Assembly (NCBI GenBank): GCA_964583985.1
Contig: CAZOYD010000007.1
Span: 33,788 to 86,383 of the forward strand
DNA from: an uncultured archaeon
GTDB lineage: Archaea; Asgardarchaeota; Lokiarchaeia; Sigyniarchaeales; SOKP01
Reading direction: 5' to 3'
Length of the DNA: 52,596 nt
In this document: positions 1 through 8,911 of the stretch, one piece after another
Position numbering within the stretch: the first letter of the stretch is position 1
How the letters are laid out: each line of letters opens with the position of its first letter
Notes under the pieces: generated by a model
The model's input: only the letters and a program-made list of their open reading frames with translations
Databases searched by the model: none
What the model was told of the DNA's origin: nothing
Made by a program: the position numbers and the translations under genes

Positions 1-80
1 CATATACTAAATTTTTTAAAATACAAAAAATTTAAAATCTTAATTTTAGATTGTAATTTTACAGTAAAAATGCTCATATT

Positions 81-500
81 ATGACAGAAAGTGAATTCAA
101 GCCATATATTCTAGGTATATGTTGTAATTGGTGCACTTATGCGGGCGCGGATCAAGCGGGGACTTCTCGAATGCAACGTCCAGCAAATCTCCGGATCATG
201 AGAGTAATGTGTGGCGGGAGAATTGATCCTCAATTTATTCTGGATGCATTAATGAATGGAGCTGATGGAGTATTAGTAAGTCATTGCCATAAAGGTGATT
301 GTCATTATGTTACTGGAAATCTCAAGACATTTGGAAAAATGGCACTATTGGATCGGTACCTGACTCAATATGGCATCAATCCTAAACGAGTATTTTACAC
401 TCAGATATCCGCTTCAGAAGGAGCGGAATTAACTGAAGTAGTAAACGAGTTCGTGCACGTTTTAAAGGAATTAGGACCAAACCCAATTAAAAAAAAGTGA
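81..500 (+). CDS. mvhD: F420-non-reducing hydrogenase [2Fe-2S] subunit D (MvhD/FlpD family), Cys form
   Basis: CCNWCTYAGAD, RVMCGGRID, CHKGDCHY..GN, ISASEG and C-terminal LGPNP motifs. Confidence 0.95.
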   Translation: MTESEFKPYILGICCNWCTYAGADQAGTSRMQRPANLRIMRVMCGGRIDPQFILDALMNGADGVLVSHCHKGDCHYVTGNLKTFGKMALLDRYLTQYGINPKRVFYTQISASEGAELTEVVNEFVHVLKELGPNPIKKK

Positions 501-507
501 TAAAATT

Positions 508-765
508 ATGCAAATTTATGAAATTAAGATTAATAGAAACACATGCACTGGTTGCAATGTGTGTGTTGTGTCATGTCCAATAAACTTCAATCAATTAAGG
601 CAAAAGAGTCATTTGAACGAAAGTAATGCAGTTATCCTTGTAAGAAATGGAATGGCACACCCCATTTATAAAGAAGATAGAGAAATAAATTGCGATGGAT
701 GTGGTGTATGCGTGAAAATGTGCCCTCAAGTTGCAATTAGAATTGAAATCATGGAGGGAAGGTAA
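508..765 (+). CDS. fwdG: 2x[4Fe-4S] ferredoxin, formylmethanofuran dehydrogenase subunit G-like
   Basis: CTGCNVCVVSCPIN and CDGCGVCVKMCP; 85 aa; position in fwd cluster. Confidence 0.75.
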   Translation: MQIYEIKINRNTCTGCNVCVVSCPINFNQLRQKSHLNESNAVILVRNGMAHPIYKEDREINCDGCGVCVKMCPQVAIRIEIMEGR

Positions 766-769
766 AAAA

Positions 770-1480
770 ATGTCATTTCCTAAAATATCGAGAGTATTAA
801 ATCAAGAAGAGGAACATGTAAAAGTTCAATTTTTAACAGAAAGCTTGGAACTTATTTTAAATAGAATTAAATGCGTGGGATGCGGGACTTGTGCTCGAGT
901 TTGTCCAAAAGAAGCAATTTCTCGAGGACCAGTTGGAGCATCTCGACGATTTCCTGCGACTGGAGATATAATTCCTGAAGTATACAATCCTCGAAAGTGC
1001 GTGTTTTGCGGAACTTGCGTGGTAATGTGTCCTTTTGGAGCATTAACTTTAAAAAAGGATGGAAACATCATTAATTTAGAAGACATCCCGATTGTTTCTC
1101 AAAAAGTTGTTCCAAAATTAGAGTTTAAAGCAAAAAAACTCAAAAATGATAGGGTCGCAAAACAATATGCTAAAGCAACCGTGAGTATCAATGACGAAGT
1201 ATGCGCGAAGGGATGCGGATCATGTGCAGAAGTGTGTCCCTCTGGTACGATTGAAATAGCAAAAAGACCCGAGCATGGCTGGGAAATGTCTAAGAATGTC
1301 GAGGTTGTTGATCCAGATGCTTGCGTGGCATGTGGTGCTTGCGATAATGTATGTCCGACTGGCGCACTTCAACTTCAAATCACTGAAATAAATACATCGG
1401 GAGAATTTAGCGAATTATTTTGGCCACCATTAGTTAAAAGGCTTAAAAATCTTCGATGGTCTAAAAAGGAGGGAGCTTAA
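770..1480 (+). CDS. fwdF: Polyferredoxin with four [4Fe-4S] motifs, short FwdF-like subunit
   Basis: CVGCGTCARVCP, CVFCGTCVVMCP, CAKGCGSCAEVCP, CVACGACDNVCP; ATG at 770 just after the fwdG stop is preferred over TTG 731. Confidence 0.7.
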   Translation: MSFPKISRVLNQEEEHVKVQFLTESLELILNRIKCVGCGTCARVCPKEAISRGPVGASRRFPATGDIIPEVYNPRKCVFCGTCVVMCPFGALTLKKDGNIINLEDIPIVSQKVVPKLEFKAKKLKNDRVAKQYAKATVSINDEVCAKGCGSCAEVCPSGTIEIAKRPEHGWEMSKNVEVVDPDACVACGACDNVCPTGALQLQITEINTSGEFSELFWPPLVKRLKNLRWSKKEGA

Positions 1481-1481
1481 A

Positions 1482-1877
1482 ATGAGTTTAAATAATTTAA
1501 TCTTGTTAACTGGACGCACGATTAATCAAGGAGTCGCTCTTGAAGGAGGAAAAAACACGAAAGAAAATGTTCGCGCAGCAGGAATTTGCACGTTTGACAA
1601 AGAGGATTTTAAAAAGTTAGATTGCATAGCAGGCACACCTGTAAAAGTCACAACCGATTATGGTGAAGTATTAGTATATTCGACAATTACCGAAGAAGGG
1701 CCACATCCTGGTATTATTTTCATTCCAATGGGTCCCTGGGGCAATCAAGTCGTCAATCCCGACACGCAAGGATGTGGAACTCCAACGTTTAAAGGCATGA
1801 AAGCCAAAGTTGAAGTCGTGAAAGATGGAAGAGTATTAGATGCAATTGAATTAATAGGAAAATTAAAGGAGGCGTAA
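1482..1877 (+). CDS. fwdD: Formylmethanofuran dehydrogenase subunit D (molybdopterin dinucleotide-binding)
   Basis: LLTGRTINQG, IFIPMGPWGN, GTPTFKG motifs. Confidence 0.93.
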   Translation: MSLNNLILLTGRTINQGVALEGGKNTKENVRAAGICTFDKEDFKKLDCIAGTPVKVTTDYGEVLVYSTITEEGPHPGIIFIPMGPWGNQVVNPDTQGCGTPTFKGMKAKVEVVKDGRVLDAIELIGKLKEA

Positions 1878-1879
1878 AA

Positions 1880-3202
1880 ATGTCTCAAAAGAAAATTATT
1901 ACTCATCATGACGTCTTGTGTCCGTTCTGCGGAACATTATGTGATGATTTGGAAGTAGATGTAGCGGATAATGAAGTTGTAGAGATGAGAAATTCGTGCC
2001 AAATAGGAACTAAGAAATTTTTTTCATCTAATCCAAGTGGGCATCGGTACTTAAAACCCCAAATTAAAGAAAAGGGTTCTTTTAGAGATGCAACTTGGGA
2101 TGAAGCGCTTGATAAAGCAGCCGATATTTTACTCAAAGCAAAAAGACCATTACTATATGGGTTTTCAAGTACTGAATGTGAAGCACAAAATGTGGGTGTA
2201 GAATTAGCAGAATATTTAAGAGCTATTTTAGATAATACCGCATCAGTATGTCATGGACCCTCTTTATTGGCAATTCAAGATGTTGGTGCTCCATTATCAA
2301 CTCTAGGAGAATACAAGAATAGAGCTGATTTAGTAATATTCTGGGGTAGTAATCCAGTCCATGCACATCCAAGACATTTGAGTCGATATAGTGATTATGT
2401 AAGAGGTTATTTTAGAAAAGATGGGAGAAATGATCGTTTTATCGTCGTTGTTGATCCCCGTAAGACTCACACGGCTCAAATAGCTGATTTATACATACAA
2501 GTTAAACCTAATGAAGACTATGAACTTCTCAATGCTATTAGAGCGGTACTCAGAGGCGTAGAATTAGATGCTAAAGAAGTGTCAGGTGTCCCAATGGAAG
2601 AGATTAAAAAATTAGTCGAAATACTAAAAAAATGCCATTTTGGCGTCATCTTTTTCGGTATGGGTCTCACGCAATCAGTATCACATCATAGGAACGTCGA
2701 TACCGCAATTTGTTTGACACGAGAATTGAATGATCACACCAAATTCCTCTTAACTCCAATGAGGGGCCATTATAACGTTGCGGGTGCCAATCAAGTCTTC
2801 ACTTGGACTACGGGATATGCATATTCCATCGATTTTTCTAGAGGGTATGGGAGATATAATCCTGGAGAATTTTCTTCGGTAGATCTCCTAATGAAAGATG
2901 AGGTTGATGCTACGTTAATTGTGGCATCAGATCCCGCAAGCAATTTTCCCGCAGGTGCTGTAAGGAACATGTTCAAACACCCTATAATTGCAATTGAGCC
3001 ACACCATACTCCTACCTCCGTATATGCAGACGTGATATTACCTCCAGCATTCGCGGGAATCGAATGTGAAGGGACAGCTTACCGAATGGATAAAGTTCCT
3101 CTTAGATTAAGAAAAGTAAAGGAAGCTCCTGAGGAATGCTTGCCAGATAGAGAGATTTTAGAACGATTGTTAGAAAAAGTGAAAGAAAAGGAGGGTAAAT
3201 GA
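1880..3202 (+). CDS. fwdB: Formylmethanofuran dehydrogenase subunit B (Mo/W-pterin catalytic), Cys form
   Basis: CPFCGTLCDD Fe-S motif, DNTASVCHGP metal ligand, HAHPRH, PMRGHYNVAG, GTAYRMD. Confidence 0.96.
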   Translation: MSQKKIITHHDVLCPFCGTLCDDLEVDVADNEVVEMRNSCQIGTKKFFSSNPSGHRYLKPQIKEKGSFRDATWDEALDKAADILLKAKRPLLYGFSSTECEAQNVGVELAEYLRAILDNTASVCHGPSLLAIQDVGAPLSTLGEYKNRADLVIFWGSNPVHAHPRHLSRYSDYVRGYFRKDGRNDRFIVVVDPRKTHTAQIADLYIQVKPNEDYELLNAIRAVLRGVELDAKEVSGVPMEEIKKLVEILKKCHFGVIFFGMGLTQSVSHHRNVDTAICLTRELNDHTKFLLTPMRGHYNVAGANQVFTWTTGYAYSIDFSRGYGRYNPGEFSSVDLLMKDEVDATLIVASDPASNFPAGAVRNMFKHPIIAIEPHHTPTSVYADVILPPAFAGIECEGTAYRMDKVPLRLRKVKEAPEECLPDREILERLLEKVKEKEGK

Positions 3203-4017
3203 TTATGGCGGAAGTCAAATTAAAACTGAAAAAGAAACCAAAATTTCCGTTAGAAGCAGATAGTATCACTCCTGATAATTTTGCTGGAAAAACTTTGAAT
3301 GAGATTAAAAAACTTCCTCTATATCATGCCAGAGATTTGGTAACTATCGGAGATTTCTTCGATGTTTCCGGAAAAGCGGAAGATGTGGCCAATACGAAGA
3401 TTATTATCGATGGTGATGTTTCCAACGTTAAAAGAGTTGGAGAAAAAATGACGGGAGGAGAGATAATCATCAATAGCGATGTTGGCATGCATGTTGGTAA
3501 TACAATGTCTGGGGGAAAAATTTTAGTAAAAGGAAATGCTGATGATTGGGCAGGAGCAATGCTTCAAGGTGGAGAATTGGAAATTGAAGGAAATGCAGGA
3601 CATTATGTTGGGTCAGCTTATCGTGGTTTTTGGCAGGGGATGCAAAATGGTGTAATACGTGTGAAAGGCAGCGTGGGTAATGAATCAATGTTATGGGCCA
3701 AAAGCTCTAAACCATCAAATAAGTGGCCAACTCTTTATTGTGGTAGCGCTAGTTCATTTTTAGGCTTACACAATCACGGAGGTACGATGGTAGTTGAGGG
3801 CGATGCTGATCGTTGTATTGGAGCTGATCAATCTCGGGGAACTATTGTTATAAAAGGAAAAATTTCAAGATTACTCCCATCATTCAAAAAGTTGGATGAC
3901 GTAAACGAAATCACGCTTCCGAATGGAGAGATAATTACAGGGAAATTTGCACAATACAGTGGAGACCATTCAATTAGTAAAGAAACAGCTGGAAGGCTTT
4001 ACATCGCAATTAAATGA
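3199..4017 (+). CDS. fwdC: Formylmethanofuran dehydrogenase subunit C
   Basis: PLEADSITPD N-terminus, GxxMxGG beta-helix repeats, GSAYRG; ATGA overlap with fwdB (alternative start 3205). Confidence 0.95.
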   Translation: MIMAEVKLKLKKKPKFPLEADSITPDNFAGKTLNEIKKLPLYHARDLVTIGDFFDVSGKAEDVANTKIIIDGDVSNVKRVGEKMTGGEIIINSDVGMHVGNTMSGGKILVKGNADDWAGAMLQGGELEIEGNAGHYVGSAYRGFWQGMQNGVIRVKGSVGNESMLWAKSSKPSNKWPTLYCGSASSFLGLHNHGGTMVVEGDADRCIGADQSRGTIVIKGKISRLLPSFKKLDDVNEITLPNGEIITGKFAQYSGDHSISKETAGRLYIAIK

Positions 4018-4080
4018 TCTTTTTTTATCTTATTTTAGATACGTAAAATTAAATTGAAAAAAGTTTTTTATCTTTTTCTG
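4018..4080 (+). terminator. T-rich archaeal-type terminator region after the fwd operon
   Basis: Several T5-T7 runs immediately after the fwdC stop, between convergent genes. Confidence 0.4.
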
Positions 4081-4173
4081 TAATGAAAATTTTTCTTTCA
4101 ACTAAAAGGCTTAAAAAATAACTGACAAATATCTGCGTAAATTTCAATTAAAAAAAGAAAAATAATTAAAGCT

Positions 4174-4656
4174 TTACTTGCCCCCAACGACTAAAACATC
4201 ACAAGATACATGGGTTAGAAGTTTTCCAGCAATGGAACCAGTCAATATTTCTTCAAGACGAGAATGAGTGCCTTTTCTGCCAATAATAACAAGATCAACT
4301 TGCTCTTTCTTAACCATCTTCTGAATATAAGATAAGGGACCTTGATCGTAAATCAAATGACCTTCAATTTCAATTCCTTCTTCCCTAAAAACTTCCTTCG
4401 CTGAATCTATAAGCCCTTGAGCGTTTTTTTCGTATACATCTTTCATTCTTTGTATATCGATGCTTTCATTGCTATATATTTGAGGAACAGTAAAAAATGG
4501 TTGAGCAATAAACATGCCACTCGGCTCGATATGATGTTCCACGGAATGAAACACGATTATTTTGCATTTATATAACGAGTGAAGTTCTACTCCTTTCATC
4601 AATGCCTGATATGAATGCTCCGATCCATCAATGCCAATTAATATTTTCTTATAAAT
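4174..4656 (-). CDS. Universal stress protein (UspA family), probable ATT start
   Basis: Frame extends upstream of the track ORF to (I)YKKILIGIDGSEHS, the canonical USP N-terminus; C-terminal DLVIIGRKG..LTGSIA..CDVLVV. Confidence 0.9.
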   Translation of the reverse strand: MYKKILIGIDGSEHSYQALMKGVELHSLYKCKIIVFHSVEHHIEPSGMFIAQPFFTVPQIYSNESIDIQRMKDVYEKNAQGLIDSAKEVFREEGIEIEGHLIYDQGPLSYIQKMVKKEQVDLVIIGRKGTHSRLEEILTGSIAGKLLTHVSCDVLVVGGK

Positions 4657-4800
4657 AATGCATCACTTTTTTGAATTTTAAATTAAAAAAAATAACTCTC
4701 TATTAAAACATTTGCTCTATAAATTTTAAAGAAAAAAATTTTTTGTATTTGGATTAGTAGTATTGAAATTAATTTACTATTAGTAGAGATAATCTATTCC

Positions 4801-4870
4801 TTACTCCTATCTATCTTGAGTAGTTTTTGACTATACGTGAGTAATTTGATCTATAAAGAGAGTAAAATAC
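4801..4870. repeat. Degenerate ~20-21 bp tandem repeats (CTAT-N3-5-GAGTA) in a divergent intergenic region
   Basis: CTAT at 4811/4831/4851, GAGTA at 4818/4839/4860, inverted TTACTC at 4801. Confidence 0.4.
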
Positions 4871-5133
4871 CATATTTCTTCATAGCGTCTAAAAATTCCT
4901 CATTTTCTAATAATTTAAAAATTTTAAGGATTAGATTATTTAAGGATAAATCAATTAACTACATATTGAAGAAACAAACAGAAATAATCTAAATCCGTGA
5001 AGAACTTCAAAATGTTATTATTTTAAATGAGATATGATTATTAAATCATGGAAAAATTTATATACCTCTTAAATTTGCTAGTTCGGAAGGAAAGATTATT
5101 ACAAATAATTAATAAGCATAAGGCAGATGTCGT

Positions 5134-5754
5134 ATGGAAAAAGTCTCTATTCTTAATTTAAAAGCAAAAGAAAACTTAATTATTGCTGCAAAAGAAAAGC
5201 TTGTTGCATTAGAATTAAAAAAATTGGCTAAATACCTCTTGAAAAAGGCAAGAAGTAGAGAGAAATTTGTCGAAAGAGAAATAAAATTGGCTCAAATAAG
5301 GCAGAATCTAGTTGAGAATAATAAAGTATTATTAGAAAATAGGGTTAGATCTAAAGAATTACTCAAATTTTCTGATGACGTTATAAATAGTGAGAAGAAT
5401 TTTACAAATTACCACGAAAATGTCGCAGAAAATCAATTAGAGCTAGCAAAACATCATAAAGAACTTGCAAAACTTGAAGAAAATTTAGCTAAGAGTAAAA
5501 TCGTGTTGTCAAACTCTAAAATTCAGGTTGCAAACATTCGAATGAAATTAGCCAAGTTACAACTCAAATATGCAAAAGCAATTCAAGAAAATTCGTCTGA
5601 AAAAATCATGAAGATAAAATCAGTTTATAAACAAAAACAAAACGAGTTAAGTCATCTCTTGCGAGAATTAATGGAGAAAGAAAGCGAAGTTCATATAATT
5701 CAAAAGGACATGGCAAGGTCAAATGCTAATCTTTCCCAAACATTAACAAAGTGA
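5134..5754 (+). CDS. Hypothetical long coiled-coil protein
   Basis: 206 aa, K/E/L/A/Q-rich heptads, no Pro, Gly or Trp. Confidence 0.75.
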   Translation: MEKVSILNLKAKENLIIAAKEKLVALELKKLAKYLLKKARSREKFVEREIKLAQIRQNLVENNKVLLENRVRSKELLKFSDDVINSEKNFTNYHENVAENQLELAKHHKELAKLEENLAKSKIVLSNSKIQVANIRMKLAKLQLKYAKAIQENSSEKIMKIKSVYKQKQNELSHLLRELMEKESEVHIIQKDMARSNANLSQTLTK

Positions 5755-5778
5755 AAAAATTAAGAAATCATCCTAAAA

Positions 5779-6588
5779 ATGTTTAAGAGAAAAGTGAATA
5801 TTACTCGAATTAAGAAAGCACAAAAGGTTGATGAAATTGATGTTGTTCTTTTTGAGAGTGCGATTAATGTAATAGTAAATTCAAAATCTCTCGTAAATAT
5901 AATTTGCCTTCCTAAAGATTTGAAAGAACTCGTTGTTGGATTTTTATTCTCCATTGGGGTTATCAATTCTTATATGGATATTAAGGAATTAGCCATTAAC
6001 GAATTAGAGGGAAAAATAGTGATTACCTTGCAAGATGATAAAAATTTTAATCTTATTGACTTTGAAAAGAATGTGTTCAATAGAGTAATAGATACAACAT
6101 GTGGGATACCTTCTCCCTGGAGAAATCTCATCAAAAACAAAATACAGGAGGCAAAAAAATCTAAGATATCAGATATGGATAACAAAATAGAATCAAAAAT
6201 TATTTTCTCTTCAATTGTCAAAATGCAGAAAAATACAATTTTATTTCGTGAAACTGGAGGGTGTCACGGTGCAGCTATTTTTGATTCTAATGGAAATCTA
6301 GTATCTATAAAAGAAGATATTGGAAGACACAATGCGATAGATAAAGTGATAGGAGAATTATTAATCAAGGGAGGTTCATTTACTGATAAAATTTTAACAA
6401 CAACGGGAAGGCTTACGGGAGATTCTGTTTTGAAAGCAGCAAGGGCAAGTATACCTATTGTTACTTCGCTATCTGCTGCTGTTGAATCAGGTATCCGTAT
6501 TGCATTTGCATATGGAATAACACTAATTGGATTTGTACGGGGTAACTCCATGAACATTTATTCTCGTGCTGATCGAATTGTTACATGA
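5779..6588 (+). CDS. fdhD: Formate dehydrogenase accessory sulfurtransferase FdhD
   Basis: ELVVGFLFS, TTCG, FRETGGCHGAA, EDIGRHNAIDKVIG, ITLIGFVR. Confidence 0.95.
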   Translation: MFKRKVNITRIKKAQKVDEIDVVLFESAINVIVNSKSLVNIICLPKDLKELVVGFLFSIGVINSYMDIKELAINELEGKIVITLQDDKNFNLIDFEKNVFNRVIDTTCGIPSPWRNLIKNKIQEAKKSKISDMDNKIESKIIFSSIVKMQKNTILFRETGGCHGAAIFDSNGNLVSIKEDIGRHNAIDKVIGELLIKGGSFTDKILTTTGRLTGDSVLKAARASIPIVTSLSAAVESGIRIAFAYGITLIGFVRGNSMNIYSRADRIVT

Positions 6589-6703
6589 ATTTTGTAAATA
6601 TCAACACAACTCACTTTTCATACCAAATATAAATAAATTGAATTTTTTATTACCATATTATAAACTGTATAATGCGTAATTAAAAGAGTGGGAAAGTGAA
6701 TAC

Positions 6704-7279
6704 ATGAAGCATAAAGTAGGAATTATTTTGCTCCTTATTGGTGGAACCTTAATGATTATTGGTAACGCAATTGGAACCATAGGTGTTTTTGAATTTCTTC
6801 AGGGATATGTGGTTGCTAGCGTTCCACCAGAATGGGTTTCTTTAGTGAATGACATAATGGGACTTTTAACATGGATAGCTCAACAAGGAGGTTGGGCAAT
6901 TATAGCTGGAGCAGTTTTCATATTATTAGGTGCACTGAAACTTGGTAAATTTATCGTATGGATTGGATTAACCTTTGGTGCCATTGCATTGATCGTTTGG
7001 GTAATAACTCAATTCGTAAATTTTACTGGAATATCTTTAGGACCTCAAGGTGACGCATTGATAAATCAAATTTATGGATTATTTACCTACAATACAGGAT
7101 TTGCATTTACAGGGGTTACCTTAGCAATAATCGGAAAAGTAAGTATCAAAAAAGTTCCAAAATCCAAAACTGATGTAAAAGATAGTTCTTCCGAAGAGTT
7201 TAAATTCTGCCCCGAATGCAGCAAGAAATTGCCAATGACTGCAAATTTTTGTAGTGAATGTGGAAAAACATTTGATTAA
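6704..7279 (+). CDS. Membrane protein (~4 TM) with C-terminal zinc ribbon
   Basis: Hydrophobic helices followed by FCPECS..ANFCSECG. Confidence 0.8.
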   Translation: MKHKVGIILLLIGGTLMIIGNAIGTIGVFEFLQGYVVASVPPEWVSLVNDIMGLLTWIAQQGGWAIIAGAVFILLGALKLGKFIVWIGLTFGAIALIVWVITQFVNFTGISLGPQGDALINQIYGLFTYNTGFAFTGVTLAIIGKVSIKKVPKSKTDVKDSSSEEFKFCPECSKKLPMTANFCSECGKTFD

Positions 7280-7436
7280 TCTTTTTTTATTCTATTTTTT
7301 TAATAATTCTTTTAATTAATAAATCAAGAAAGATGAAGTAAAGAATAATACCTAATCAACAAATTTTTAATAAATTTCACATTACACCAAATATCATAAT
7401 TATAATTAATATTTAGTTAGATATGGTGATATAATA

Positions 7437-8837
7437 ATTCCAATCCCAGTCGCGTTCATGCAACTTAGCAGCTGTTGGGGATGCCATCAATCTCTCTTGA
7501 ATGCACATTTAAATTTACTTCCCATTCTTCCTGCTTTAGAAATCGTTTATTGGCCTGCAGTCGTCGATTTTAAGCATGATTCATTAGTAGAAAGAGAAGA
7601 TGGGAGTATAGTCGTAGGTTTTCTTGAAGGTGTTGCACGAACAAAACAAGACACAGAAAATGTTAAATTAATGAGGAAGAAATGTAAAATTATCGTTGCT
7701 TTTGGGGCTTGTGCTTGTTATGGAAGTGTGAAAGGCTTAGCAAATCTTTTCGATAAAGAGGATTTAATAAAGAGAAAATTCATGGAAACAGAATCCATTA
7801 CTGATGAAAATCCTAAGGAACCCACTCAACACGTTCCTGGTATTGAGGATTTTATCGTAAATGTAAAAAATATAATAGATGTTGACATGTTTATTCCGGG
7901 ATGTCCCCCCACTTCCGATAATATTGTCGCTGCAATATCTTACCTTCTCACGCTTGTAAGTGAAGATCCAAAATTACTTGATAAAAATAAATCCATGTGC
8001 GAAAAATGTGATTTATTCAAGGAAGGATGCTTTTTAGATAAGGGAAAACTATGTTTTGGACCAATTACTGCAGGAGGATGTGAATTATTGTGTCCTAATC
8101 ATGGGGATTATTGTTATGGTTGTTTTAAAGCAACAAACAAACCAAGTGAAAAAATCAGTAAATTAAAAAGCATGCTTTATGACATTGAGGAATTAACTAA
8201 CGAAATTGGAGCAAGCTTGCAGCATTTTCTTGATGTTTACTTGGGCTCTTCAAATATTACTAACTTTTACTTTAAGGGTGATTTAGTTCAGAGATTAGCA
8301 TATGAACCGGATAGTTTTAAAGTAAAAGAAGTAGAGACAAAGAATGGTCCTAAGCTTATTTTGGATGTTACTTCTACTGGAAGTGAATTAACAGATGAAA
8401 TAGTAGGGCTTGCACTGTATCTTCTAAAAAATGATCCTAAATTTAAATTCAGTTCAAAAACGGTATGCAGTACCTGTGATAGAGATATTGTCGATAAAGT
8501 ACCAACGGATCTTAAACGTGATTATGTCGGTTTACCTAACACTGAAACTTGTTTTTTAGAACAAGGATACATTTGTTTGGGACCAGTAACTCAGGCGGGA
8601 TGTGGGACAATTTGTCCAAATAAAGCCAATGCTCCATGTCTTGGATGTTATGGTCCTTCAATGGGAGTAAAAGATCAAGGAGCAAAATTTATTAGCACTT
8701 TAGGCGCATTATGCGCTGATAAAGATCCAAGTGAAATTTTAAAAGCTATAAAAGATCCAGCAGGATTATTCAATAGATTCACCTTAGCAGATAGTACCTT
8801 AGGACACAGATATCACGATAAAATGGAGGAAGATTGA
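7437..8837 (+). CDS. mvhG: Group 3 [NiFe]-hydrogenase small subunit (MvhG-like) with duplicated C-terminal Fe-S domain; probable ATT start
   Basis: SSCWGCH, FLEG, AFGACACYG, IPGCPP, then two CxxC..CF....LC.GP.T..GC...CP....C.GC units; GGTGAT at 7425 precedes in-frame ATT 7437. Confidence 0.8.
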   Translation: MPIPVAFMQLSSCWGCHQSLLNAHLNLLPILPALEIVYWPAVVDFKHDSLVEREDGSIVVGFLEGVARTKQDTENVKLMRKKCKIIVAFGACACYGSVKGLANLFDKEDLIKRKFMETESITDENPKEPTQHVPGIEDFIVNVKNIIDVDMFIPGCPPTSDNIVAAISYLLTLVSEDPKLLDKNKSMCEKCDLFKEGCFLDKGKLCFGPITAGGCELLCPNHGDYCYGCFKATNKPSEKISKLKSMLYDIEELTNEIGASLQHFLDVYLGSSNITNFYFKGDLVQRLAYEPDSFKVKEVETKNGPKLILDVTSTGSELTDEIVGLALYLLKNDPKFKFSSKTVCSTCDRDIVDKVPTDLKRDYVGLPNTETCFLEQGYICLGPVTQAGCGTICPNKANAPCLGCYGPSMGVKDQGAKFISTLGALCADKDPSEILKAIKDPAGLFNRFTLADSTLGHRYHDKMEED

Positions 8838-8911
8838 ACCCCATTTAGTTTTAGTTTTATATTAACCATAATTATATACAATAATAAGAATAAAATAAAT
8901 AGTTGAAAAGC

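Noticed and set aside
81-3202. Selenocysteine recoding in mvhD or fwdB, both known selenoprotein families
   Set aside because: Both frames are uninterrupted with Cys codons at the relevant sites (CCNWC, CHKGDCHY, SVCHG)
4037-4052. AGATACGTAAAATTAA, matching 11835-11850 at 15 of 16 positions
   Set aside because: Two copies of an AT-rich 16-mer in different contexts (after a stop versus in a promoter region); cannot be distinguished from chance
5134-5754. Coiled-coil proteins here and at 47751-48158 and 49157-49573 as ESCRT-III/PspA, SNARE or V-ATPase stalk homologs
   Set aside because: Only generic heptad composition; no family-specific motif or gene context
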